This document shows positions 26,133-38,170 of a stretch of 64,000 nt of DNA, piece after piece; within the stretch, counting starts at the first letter, position 1; every line of letters begins with the position of its first letter. The stretch is from Eledone cirrhosa. Taxonomy: Eukaryota. The notes beneath the pieces are model-generated. The model saw only the letters and a list, made by a program, of their open reading frames with translations. It made no database searches and was not told the DNA's origin. The position numbers and the translations under genes are program-made. The stretch is from contig OZ024742.1 in NCBI GenBank assembly GCA_964016885.1, forward strand, positions 275,528,001-275,592,000. Reading direction: 5' to 3'.

Positions 26133-27283
26133 CTAAGGCGGGTAAATTTCGCGAGATCCATGGACGAGTTCTCTCCAGCGGTCTCTGTCCCTCATTATCA
26201 CTGCCATGTCCTGCGTCTCCAACAGACCAGTGTCTGTCCTTAGGGCATCAACATACGTTAACCTTGGTCTTCCTCTTCTAGTGTGTCCATATAGGGGCTC
26301 CCAAAGGAGCACTGAGTGCAATGTCAACTCTGGATGTCGGTGAGCATGTCCAGCTAACCTCAGTCTCCTCTGTGTCACTTTTGAGCTGACTTTTGGGATG
26401 CTCTGAGTTTTTCACCCTCAGTGTATACTGATTAATGTTCAGAGCCATCCTCAGCATTCTCGTGTAGCACCCAGCCACCATCTGAGTGAGTTTCTTGGTC
26501 AGTGTCCAAGTCTCAGACCCATACATAAGCACAGACTCCACTACAGCAATGAAGAGGCGGATTTTCAGGTCTCTACGAAGGTCCGACTTCCACACCGATC
26601 TCAAGCTGTGGCACGCCGCCCAGGCCTTGCTCTTCCTCTCAACCACATCATCTTCCGTATTCCCTATCTTTGCTCCTAATACAGGAAGCCCTCAACCAAT
26701 TCTAGCGGCTTCCCGCCTACATTAGTGATCCCCTCTGGCTTCTCAACATTCTCTACCAGATATTTTGTTTTAGTCTCATTCATTCTCAGCCCCACACTCA
26801 TCGACACAGCCTCAACCTCCCGCATCAAATCCTCTGCCTCCTTCACTGTATTTGTCACCAAAACTATGTCGTCGGCAAATTCAGCATCCAATACCTTTTT
26901 CGCCCTAACTCTCCTGCTCTGACCCGGTGCTACAGTAAAGCCAGAGTCCTGGTGTTTCTCCAGTGCAAGGCGCATACAATAGTCCACTACGATGATAAAA
27001 AGGTAGGGAGCCAATGTATCTCCCTGGAGCACTCCAGCCAGTATCTCAAAGAACTCTGTCATCCCATCAGGTGTAATGACTTGGGCTTTGGTGTTGGTGT
27101 AGAGCAGTGATATCAGGTCCACTATCTTCTTGGGGATTCCATAAGCCTGTAAGATCTTCATCAGGCAGTAACGGTCCACAGAATCAAAAGCCTTCCTAAA
27201 GTCAATGAAAACCATGACCGCAGGAAGGCACTTTGCTCTAGCTCCCTCTAATATCCTCCTCAGCATCAGGATGTGACTGGTGG
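26133..27283 (-). mobile_element. RTE-clade LINE RT fragment, frameshifted
   Basis: FIDFRKAFDSV, GVLQGDTLAPYLF, EFADDIVL, LMYGSETW, RRLRLAGH, RRGRPRLTY. Confidence 0.9.
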
Positions 27284-27341
27284 TTGATCTACCTACATAC
27301 ATTGATCTACATACATCTATGTATGTATATGTATGTATGTG

Positions 27342-27393
<52 letters not shown>

Positions 27394-27439
27394 TATATAT
27401 ATATACATACACATACACACATACATACATACATACATA

Positions 27440-28033
27440 CATGGTGGCTGCCAACTCGTTTTCGAGTACGGCCACTACTTCATATCCATGTAGGAGAACC
27501 CCTACCGATGCGCTGAACAAGTGTGACTTTTTAGTCCAGCCAGCGACTTGAAAACTCTGGTACAAACACTACACCTGTAACAATTATTGACACATAGTGC
27601 TGGGCACATGGTACCATATGATGTCAAGTGCAGAGAGATCTCCAGATATAAAGCAATGCCTGTGCCGTGAAGCTTTTATAGTGAGCAAAGGCACTGCACA
27701 AAGCCAGTCCTACTCTCTTAACCAAGATGATATTTACCAAAAAGAAGAACAAGTCAACATCATTGGATACCATCAGGGTTGCAGGTGTTATATCAGAGTT
27801 TTCCTTCTCCTAGAATTCTGCCTTGACAAAGGCTAAGGGGTCATCTCTCCCGGTGATTTTGGATGGCCATTGACTCTTAAGAGCTCCTTTGCCCTTTGAC
27901 AGGTTTTGTTTTTAGTCCTGCAAGATGTCCAAAGTCACCCTCCTCACCAAGAAACCTTGGTGGGGTTGCCAGTTTAGTCGCCAACGACCCGACCATTGGA
28001 CAGGTTGTACTGGGATACATGTTACCAGTACAT
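27440..28033 (-). mobile_element. Probable 5' UTR/start of an RTE-like LINE; partial second copy at 28155-28290
   Basis: Same strand as and upstream of the RTE fragment; 27870-27990 is similar to 28168-28290; C2H2-like remnant VCTRVFKSLAGLKSH near 27510-27575. Confidence 0.5.
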
Positions 28034-28034
28034 G

Positions 28035-28065
<31 letters not shown>

Positions 28066-28658
28066 CATACATACATACATACATACATACATACATACAT
28101 ACATACATACATACATACATACACATGCCTATATGTATATACATATTTACACATATTTGGATGGCTGTTGACTCTTATGAGTTTTTCTACCCTTTCTCAG
28201 CTTTTGTTTTTTGAGCTGCAGGGTGTCCAAAATAACCCTCTTCACCAAGTAAACTTGGTGGGGTTGCCGGTTTAGTCGCCGGCAACCCGATATATATGCA
28301 TATATACATATATGATGGCTATCCCTTGTTATCAAGTATGGCCATTGCACGATATAACATTATTAATAATTATCATTTAATGCTATCGTGCAATGCCTGT
28401 GCTTTTCTTTTAAGTGAAGAAAGACTGTGCACTGGGCCAATCCCACTCTCTCAGCGACAGTAGCTATAACCCGAAAAGAAGAAACAATCAACATCATCGG
28501 TAACTACTGAGCCGCAAGTTTTATGTCGGTGTTATCCCAGTTTCCTGAGTTGTTTTCTCCTAGAAGAATGCCCTAATAAATGTAAGGAGTCCTTCACTCA
28601 CAGTGATTTAACCGCGCGATCGGGTATCCAATGAAAATGTCATGTTTCTATTTTAGAA

Positions 28659-28762
<104 letters not shown>

Positions 28763-30169
28763 TGAACATTTATAAAACAATAAAAATAGAAAATACATAC
28801 ATTAACAGGTTCGTTATCAATTTTCCTTGTTTTTTCATGAAAGGTGATTAGTTTTCGAGCAGTTTATACCATTTACAGAAATTTGAAGTATATTAAAACA
28901 ATAAAGAAGTAAATGGAACTTTCATCGGTTTGGCATATTCTCTCAATCTAATTCCATATACACTTGGACAATGCGATCTCGATTTTGTGTAATTGTACAC
29001 TTGTGAGTGTGGCCGATAATATATAGGCCCCTAACATGTCTAATGTGTTCGCCTGGAAGCAGAGCTTATAACATTTTATGCATATTCTCGAATATAATCA
29101 GCGGGCATGTGGAATATATCATTATATAATTCGCTTTAGATCTCCTGGCATTTAGTATCCTAAAGGTTTAAAATATACAGTTTTATATGTCAATTCACAC
29201 TTGCTTTAATAGCATTGCAAATATTCCAACAAAACAATTTAATCTTCTTAGTCTACTTAATTATTTCCACCTATTCTGACGAGGGCATGCGACGGATTAG
29301 ATCTAATGGACTAAAAAGAAATGTTGATCTCAACATCTTATATATGCGTTTAAATAAACATTGAACATGTAGATATACTAGCCTGTGTTTGAGAAAAGTA
29401 GGAAAGACGTATCTCACTTAAAATCAGAAATGTCAAGAATCCGGAGGTCCGTTGAATGATATTTGCAATGATGAAAACAGCCAAGAGAGAATCCCTCTTG
29501 CAACACATGTATCCGAGGACAATATTTTGATTTTCTATGCAGATGGTCAGCCTTTCTATCATAATGCAATCTGGCAACAGTGAACTGAAATCTAACTAAA
29601 GATATAGGTCCCTGTCACACTTCAAAAGAAAGAAATTCCATGAAGTAAGACAATTGCAAATCATGAAGGCTAGCAGGAAGTTCAAATGCTATAATATGGT
29701 AGATTAGAAACTGGTGATAAAGAACAGGCATTCTTATTTGTCTAGGTCTATGGCAAAGGATATGGTATGGATGACTGTGGCTAGTTGTTTTTTGCCTAAT
29801 TGCAAGCCTCACCAAGTATTTGGGTTAACATATCAGAAGGGAGGTAGAACTGGAAAATAAAGTGCTATGCTCTAATAAATGTTCGCAAACGTCGTGATAG
29901 TGGTCAGTACAACCTGATTTATTTGGCCTAGTCCGAATATGCAGCTCAGAGACAAAAAGAAAAGAAGTGAATGGTATTCAAATTACCATTGGTATTGGCA
30001 GTAGTCAGGAATACATGAAACTAACTGATTAACTATTCATTGTAAATATTTTGTTTTTCAGACCTGTTTCCCATACTCAGTTGGAACTCTCATGTACCAC
30101 TAAAATAAAATGTGTGACCAATATGAAACGCATAGAACGCTCTGCCTTGAAGTATGATGAAATGTTTAT

Positions 30170-30812
30170 AGCGTGTACAGTCCATTCCATATTGAGTAAT
30201 GGAAACAGCGTCTAGTTATGGTGGATATTGCTTTTTATATTAGAATTATTATGTTGGTCAAAATTCTTCATGCGGGTGTGTACTGCCAAGGGTGTGTACT
30301 GTTACCTTTTCTGTTCATAGCCTTCATGAACAGGATTGCCATGCGCAGCCGGGCTGGAAGTGTTATTAAGACTGGTGTGTAATAGCCGGCTGGAATTTGC
30401 ATACGACATAATGCTCCTTAACTCATCGTAAAATGATCTCCGACATGCATTTGACAGGCTTACTATCGTGTGCTGCACGGCCGTAATAAAAATCAATGTT
30501 GCGAAGACTTAAACACTCGTCCTCTCAGAGAAATCTGCACAGGGCTCCCTGCATATGAGGGAAATTCCACTGAGCATATAGAGAAGTTCAAATATTTCGG
30601 GTCCGTTTTCACGAGTGATAGCCGTTAAGAGGCTGAAGCTGATAAAGCGTTGCGCAGCTTTAGCATTTGGTCATCACAAGAAGAGGGGTAGGTGCAAAAG
30701 TCAAACTCGCTATCTTCAATTCGGTATACGTGCCAACGAGTAACTATCGTCTTGAATCATGGGTAATGACCGAAAGAATACGATCGCGAATGCAAGCATC
30801 CGAAATGAATTT
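30170..30812 (+). mobile_element. Old RTE (Rex3/Expander-like) RT relic
   Basis: CQGCVLLPFLFIAFMNRI, EFAYDIMLL, EKFKYFG, KLAIFNSVYVP..ESWVMTERIRSRMQASEM. Confidence 0.75.
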
Positions 30813-31517
30813 TGAGTACAGTTATTCGATAGAATGCGTAGCTCGTAAATCAGGAAAAATCATTACGGTCACTTGCACGTTTTTCAGACTGTTGTGTTTT
30901 AGCCTCTCATAACATATATATGTTGTGGACTGTTTGGTGCTATCGATTTGATTATATGTGAGGCAGATGCAGAGATATTCTGTTGAAAACATTAGCTTTT
31001 CTGTAGTAATTGTCCATCACCGAAGGAAAATTACAATTCAATTAATCGACATTGTAAACTAATTGTAATTTACATATATTACATTTACGTTTCTCCCGAT
31101 AAATGAAACAACATCCCAAATTCCCATTTCTCCTTTGGTTAACAATAATAACGTTTCATTGCATAAGAGCATCTATGGTAATCTATCAATATAATATAAA
31201 ATCGCTTTAAAATGGAACATAAGGAATTTTTGGTATAGAAATTCATAACTACGAATCTATCATAAAGTGACTTGCACATTTCATTTGAAACCGGTCATTG
31301 TTCGTGATTTAATGGTTTAATTATTGGAGAATTAGCTTTCACACCGATAGCTAATTGTTATATGATGGAATAAAGTAGCAAACTAACATATTAAATGAGA
31401 ATTAACTCGTTAGCCTATTTCTCATTGAACGTTTACGAGCGGACAGATAACATGTAACGAATTAATGATCGGTAGGCAAAAATTAGCAAATTTATTTCTA
31501 TGTTTATGAGGTGGAAG

Positions 31518-31640
31518 GATGGTGCGTTGGCTAGAAATTATAAAGTGTAGAAAGAGCGTGTGTTATTGTATATGTATCCGTTAGATGTAGGTCTTGATTT
31601 CAAATTCTGCCGAGGCTAAGTTTGCCTTTTGTTCCCGTGG
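31518..31640 (+). mobile_element. Diverged SINE relic
   Basis: TTCAAATTCTGCCGAGGCTAAGTTTGCCTTT resembles the SINE core at 1257-1290. Confidence 0.5.
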
Positions 31641-32162
31641 TACTCAAATAAGTTATTTTTGTTTTTGTCTATCAACAGTGCTGAAAGATCATATCTATAA
31701 TAAAACGTGTGATAGCCTGAACAATCATGTTAATTATTTTCAATCATAATTCAGTGTTGACTTCATAATCTACAATGATCTTCATTTTTAAGATGGTAGG
31801 GTTTGATTTGCAATGATTTGGCTGTTATTTCTATTAAGTGAAATGACCCCTGCCTATTTCTCTAACAATTAAGTATTGCAATGGTCAATTTATTTAGGTA
31901 TATACGCAAAGATATTGTAGTGGTTGATGAGCTGAAAATAGGACTCAACATGACAGGAGATGTCTCTCATGCATGCCGAAATGCTGGAAACTTCATTTAT
32001 CATCGACTAATATTGCTTTCTCTGTTCTCACCCATGCAAACAAATATATTTATTTCGCAAGAATCTTTGTGTGAATTCGAGTGCTGAAACAGTACAACCA
32101 GTGCATAAACGAAGAAGAAGAAGAAGAAGAAGAAGAAGAAGAAGAAGAAGAAGAAGAAGACC

Positions 32163-32215
<53 letters not shown>

Positions 32216-32898
32216 CTATAATAATGATAACAACTGCAGCAATAGAAAAGTGCTGTGTCAATAATTCAAATACTATATCAATTTTTATTGATAATTTTAG
32301 ATGAGGTATTTATACATCTACGTTTCATGCATTCTTGTTTATCGACGCTGATAATTTAGATATCCATTTGAAAGGAATGTATGTTAGTAATTTCATTATG
32401 CATTAGTAGTTATGTTCGTATGTATCAACAACTGTCCTTCAGGCCGTGCGTGGCGTCTCACTAGATAAGTATGATATCTACCTGAGCAGTCTGCGTTCTT
32501 TATCACAATTCGGTCGAATAATTTATAGGCTGACCAAGATACTCTTATCGAATGACCAAACGAGGTATATTTTTCAACATAGTTCTTGTAAAGAAACATT
32601 GAGTCAAAATGAAATATAAGGAACGATAACTAAGTTGGATATTGCTATGGATTTCTGATTTCGGCACAAAAATCAACTTTAAACTCGGAGCTATTTGAAC
32701 TCGGAACGTAAACAACCAGAATAAATACAGCAATGATATTTTATCCAGCGTTCACCCAATTCACCTAATCCACCACCCTTAGTTGGATAATAACATTAAT
32801 ACCGTAGCCTTTTCATGTCGAATGATCCATTTTCACCTTTTTCTGACATAATCACCCCATATATATATATATATATATATGTATGTATATATATATAT

Positions 32899-33590
32899 AA
32901 TATGTTGAAAAGGTAACACACTAGAGAGAGATACAGTGCGCTATTAATAAAACAGGGAAAAACCATCAGTGTATGGAATCTATAACATATGAAAGGCAGA
33001 GTAGACACACGATAATTAAAAATATAAATTAAAGCGTAAATAAATACCTCTATAACTATATAACACACGTACAAATACAAAGATATCTGTTTCGCCAGTA
33101 AGTTGTTGACAGAAATGAAATAACCCCGGTTCGTCAGCGTGTGTAAGGCTATACATTTCAGACAACACTAAGAGAATTTTAAAGTGACTGTCCAGCTACA
33201 CGTGGGAGAGGGAAGTCACAGCGTGTTTAAGGGCAGTGAACCAGTGGCCTCTGAGGGATGAGCTGCTAGAAAGGGCAGCCCAAAACCACTCAGAGAAGTG
33301 TTCTCAACCAAACAGAGAGAGAGGAAAAACTGTTATAACTATTATATAGTTATAGAGGTATTTATTTACGCTTTAATTTATATTTTTAATTATCGTGTAT
33401 CTACTCTGCCTTTCATAGGTTATAGATTCCATACACTGGTGGTTTTTCCCTGTTTTATTGATAGCGCACTGTATCTCTCTCTAGTGTGTTACCTTTTCAA
33501 CATATTGTATTTTAAAGAGCTCAGGATTTCCTCTCCTTTGAGCACATTATTTTCAGGGAATGGCGTGAGTCTATGGCTCCGTTAATTTAT

Positions 33591-33595
<5 letters not shown>
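32899..33595 (+). mobile_element. Foldback mini-element B (~165-bp arms, ~280-nt spacer, ~90-nt tail) with decayed hammerhead at 33431-33474
   Basis: 32899-33063 is the reverse complement of 33342-33506; shares GTGTGTTACCTTT with the PLE terminus at 38171/42557. Confidence 0.85.
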
Positions 33596-33633
<38 letters not shown>

Positions 33634-33634
<1 letters not shown>

Positions 33635-34396
33635 TAGCTAAACTACCCGTCCTTTGGACGGTTCAACTAGCTTTCGATGTAGCTCATTAAACTAAACAAA
33701 GTAAATTTGAATACACAGAAGAAAAACGTACTTTATGTAAACATGAAAACCTTAGCCACTATTCCAGCGAAATAATTGATATGTGAGCTCGGTGTCATCC
33801 GTTATACCATGTAATAACAGAAATCCAGTCTAGGTATAAACTTTTTTAACAACAGTAAAAGCGCATCATGAAATAGAGAAGTGAAGTGAATAATAGACAC
33901 TATTATGTACAAAGCATAATATTGTAAAAGTTGTGACATCACTTAATGTATGAACATCAAGCTTGAAACGATAAATTATACAATGTCAAATCTATAACTT
34001 AACTTAGTAATCTGCTAGAAATTTCTGGTTGTGAAATATACAAAATGATATTGTTAGTCTCAAGGAAGCGTACCTTTTGTTTCAAGCACAAAAAGTAAAT
34101 TAAAATCCGAATGAGCCGAATGACGAAAGATAACTTTTGTATTACTTAAAGATAACACTTGTCTTACTTAATCACGAAAATTGACACAAATAACCGAAAC
34201 TTTTTAATGTCTCCAAAGGCCCCAATATCGATTTTTGAAAGCCTTTGTAGATCATGTACAGGTTTTGTGCAAGGAGAAGCTCTGTAAAAAATTTCAAAGA
34301 AATCGCATGCATGGTTTAGAATATATGAGCCCTCATGAAAAATTGTCCACACACACATACACACACATACAGAAAACTTCATCTTTATATATATAC

Positions 34397-34399
<3 letters not shown>
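33634..34399 (-). mobile_element. Non-autonomous Helitron
   Basis: On minus: A|TC start, subterminal hairpin ACCCGTCC-AAA-GGACGGGT, CTAG|T end; sits in (TA)n. Confidence 0.85.
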
Positions 34400-34443
<44 letters not shown>

Positions 34444-34449
34444 ATATAT

Positions 34450-34526
<77 letters not shown>

Positions 34527-34531
<5 letters not shown>

Positions 34532-35885
34532 GAGTAACATGGCTGGCTGTACAACAAGGGGCTTTATGTCAGGTATTAACAATTGTTTCATTGATCAGGT
34601 GAGTCTAGAGGCTGCTAATCGCTCGAAGTTGCGTCACTCGATCTCCATTACAATATTTACCTCTGATCAAATCCTCAGAATACGAATAATTCATACATGG
34701 CATGATATATATATAGAGAAATAGCGTATAATCAAAACAATAACAACAATAATAAAATATATGATAAATAGGTAAAGAAGTTACAGATGTAAAAATTAAA
34801 AAGTAAGAAAAAAGATACAGTAAAAAAGTAAGAAAATGGAACAATAATAAAAAATATAAAGAAATAAGGATAAGAGAGAGCATATAAGTACAGAATATGA
34901 TAGTGGTGGTGAGTAAGTGTCCGTATAAGGATGTTGTGGTGGATTAAGTGCTAACATGGAAAGTCATATTCGAAACATACATTGATACGTGTAGAGGGTC
35001 TGAGGTAGTGACAGATAAAAGAAAAAGCAATAAATTAGAAATTAATTGGGGGATACTAGTATGAGATCCAAGGGCTAAAGGTGGATGGTGAAAAGGCATT
35101 TTTGACAAGTGTGTGTGGAAAATGTTTTGCTGATTGTCTTGTCTTAATGGGGTTGATGTGGTTTCAGGGAGAGAGGGTGAAAGAGATATTAAGAGATTTA
35201 TGATCTAGTGACCGGTCGGCTGTTTGACACCTAATAGCGGTGTGATGGTATGTATTCCATGCCTTAAAATCCAGGTGGCTTAGTTCTAATTTTGAGATTG
35301 CTGGGTCGAATCACGGTGGTTTGAAATTTGTGAACTTGGTAGCTATTTTATGCCTACAAAAAATTGATCTTTCTATTTTGCTGTTAAACAGCATCTTATC
35401 GTACCTTAGAATATGGAATAGCTCCATATTGCAAAGTCTGCAGTGGGACATTACATTGTTGTAGGCTCTTGCTCCCTATAACTTAGACCAGCTAATCCTA
35501 TATTCCTCGTTTGTGTTTTTAAGCTGCCAGATTTTATTAGCGAGAGTTGTAGAGTACTCCAGTCTACGGTTCTTCATGGAGTGTCTGTGAACGTTCCATC
35601 CTTTTTTTTTAGCTCCCCAGCCGTGGAACTTATGTAGTGCCAAGTAAAGTTGCCTGAATTTACTGTACACAGGTACACCATACTCGAATCCAGGCATCTA
35701 TTTTGTAGTGGGTACTTATCCGGTAGGTGGCAGTTACAGCTGGATACTTTTCTGTATGCAGGTTCTCCGTTGCGGTTTTATATGTTGTTATGGGTGGGTT
35801 TAGATTTAGGCCTATTAATGTTTTCTTGTGATGCGCCCTGATGTGTGTGTGGTTGCGATGTTGTTATGTATTTGCGTTTTGTATT
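34527..35885 (-). mobile_element. Penelope-like element 3' part (linker + GIY-YIG + 3' UTR), decayed
   Basis: SCNCHLPDKYPLQNRCL, MVYLCTV, STTLANKIWQLK, HCRLC; GAAA-CAATTG-TT hammerhead remnant near 34577-34592. Confidence 0.8.
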
Positions 35886-35887
35886 GT

Positions 35888-36605
35888 GAGAACAACTAAA
35901 ATGACTTCAAGAATTTGGTTTATGATGCTTCAGCAGAGGTCCTTAGTTTTGTCAAAAGAAAATGCACGGACTGGTTAGATGAGAATAACCAGGAGGTCAA
36001 GGCTCTGCTGGACAGAAAACAAAACACTCTCGATGCAGTTCTTAAAGGTGTTAGCTCTGTTATTGACATCTATAAGCCTTACAGAGAAGTAAAGAAAGAT
36101 GGTGCAGGTTACACTCAGGGCCATGCAAAATACCTGGTGGAGCAGCATAGCAGATAAAGTTCAAGCTGCTTTTGATTGCAGTAATGTAAAATTGCTGCAT
36201 ACTCTACTCACAGAAGTGTGTGGTCCATTCAGTTCACCAGTGGCACCAATGAGATCGAAAGAAGGCAAGTTTTGAAGTGTGATGGTGAAAACATCACGCA
36301 GCGCCTAAACTCATGAAAAACGTGTGGGAAGAGGACAGTGTCCCACAAGATTGGAAGGGTGCGCTTGTGGTGATTCTCCATAAAGGAAAGAGAGGGAAAG
36401 GCAAATGTGGCAATTAACGTGGCATAACAATTCTTTCAGTAGTTGGTAAAGTCATGGGTCGAATTTTGATGGATAGATTAATGTCGAAGGTTGCTTAGGA
36501 TGTCTTACCCGAGTCGCAGTATGGTTTCAGAAACAAAAGAGGAACAGTGGATATGATCTGTTCTGCTCGGCAGCTGCGAGAAAAGTGTATCAAACAATGT
36601 ATGGG
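35888..36605 (+). mobile_element. RTE (BovB-like) ORF fragment
   Basis: DWLDENNQEVKALL, VPQDWKGALVVILHKGK, CGN*RGITILSVVGK, LPESQYGFRNKRGTVDMI. Confidence 0.8.
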
Positions 36606-37905
36606 TACTGTCTTTCGAGCAGAATTTCCTTTAATTCTTGAAGTCTTTTATTTCGCGTTTCATAATTGAAGACAATTGTGCAAATTCTTCTTGCTAGGTT
36701 AAAAGGGATGTTCGTCTTCGTGTGCTTTGGATAGTTGTATGTTAATAGCAGGTATTGTTTGTAGTGTATGTCAGTTTCAATATTTGTGTCTTTTTTATGA
36801 TTAAGATGTCCAGAAATGGGAGTTGATCTTGGCTGTATTCCATTGTGAATTGGATGTGGTTATTGATGCCGTTAATTAAATTTTTGAAATCATTTATTTG
36901 GTCGAGTGTGTGAGACCAAAGAATAAGACAATCATCCAAGTAGCGTTTCCAATTCTCTGATAAATATTTAAGGAAGTTCAATCCGTATTTTGATTTGGAC
37001 TGTTCATATATCTGGACTTCCAAATATGCCATGACTAAGTTAGCATAAGTTGGAGCGACTTTTGTACCCATCACAGCCCCCTATATTTGCTTGTAAGTGC
37101 AGCCATCAAAATAAAAAAAGTTGTTCTGTAAAATAAATTTTAATCCCACGGTGATGAAGCTGTTTTCTATGCTGTCCGGTATCTCATTGGGATATTTCTC
37201 TAGCCAGAATCCTATTGCTTTTAGTCCGTATTGGTGTGGAATCGTTGTGTAGAGATTCACTACATCGAAAGACACAATAATAGTGTCGTTGTTGACATGT
37301 TTGGGGAGGTGGTTTAAGAGGTCCATATCGTCTCTAACAAGGCTTGGTATGTGTTTGAGAATTGGTTTTAGTAGTATGTCTATAAAGTTGCTTAGTCTGC
37401 GTGTTTCAAATTGTGGACCCACACAATTGGTCTTAATTTAAGGCCAGTGGGGTATTGTGTGTTCACGCAGGTTGAGGTGGATTATTTACAGGCATCGTTA
37501 ATTATTTTACACTTGTGGATCTTTGGAAGTCCGTAAAGGTTGGTGGTTTTGTGTTAAATAATCGCGTTCCTTTTTAGTTAAGTCTTCCTGGTATCGACAA
37601 ATGAATGTGTTTAATCTCGTCATCGTTTTTGATTGCTGGTAGTTATTTACTCTTTCATAGTAGTTAGTGTCTTATAAGAGAGACAATATAGAATTTTTGT
37701 ATTGTTCAGCATCCATAATGACGACAGTACTTCCCTTGTCCGTCTCCTTAATTACAATGTCAGTATTGTTTTTTTTAGATAATCTCCCATTTCCTTCGAC
37801 TCGTGTTGGGTTTGGGTCTAGGTTTCGGTAGTTCATGGTATGGGAAAGTTGCTATGTGGTCACAAAATTTGTCCAAAACTCCGTTCCTACCCTTTGTTGG
37901 GTTGT
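36606..37905 (-). mobile_element. Penelope-like (Neptune-type) RT fragment
   Basis: VSFDVVNLYTTIP, MGTKVAPTYANLVM, WKRYLDDC, LPFLDILI. Confidence 0.88.
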
Positions 37906-37926
37906 AGCTGCTATATATATATATAC

Positions 37927-38068
<142 letters not shown>

Positions 38069-38092
38069 GTGTGTGCGTGTGTGCGTGTGCGC

Positions 38093-38124
<32 letters not shown>

Positions 38125-38170
38125 GTGCGTGTGTGCGTGTGTGTGTGTGTGTGTGCGTGCGTGCGTGTGT

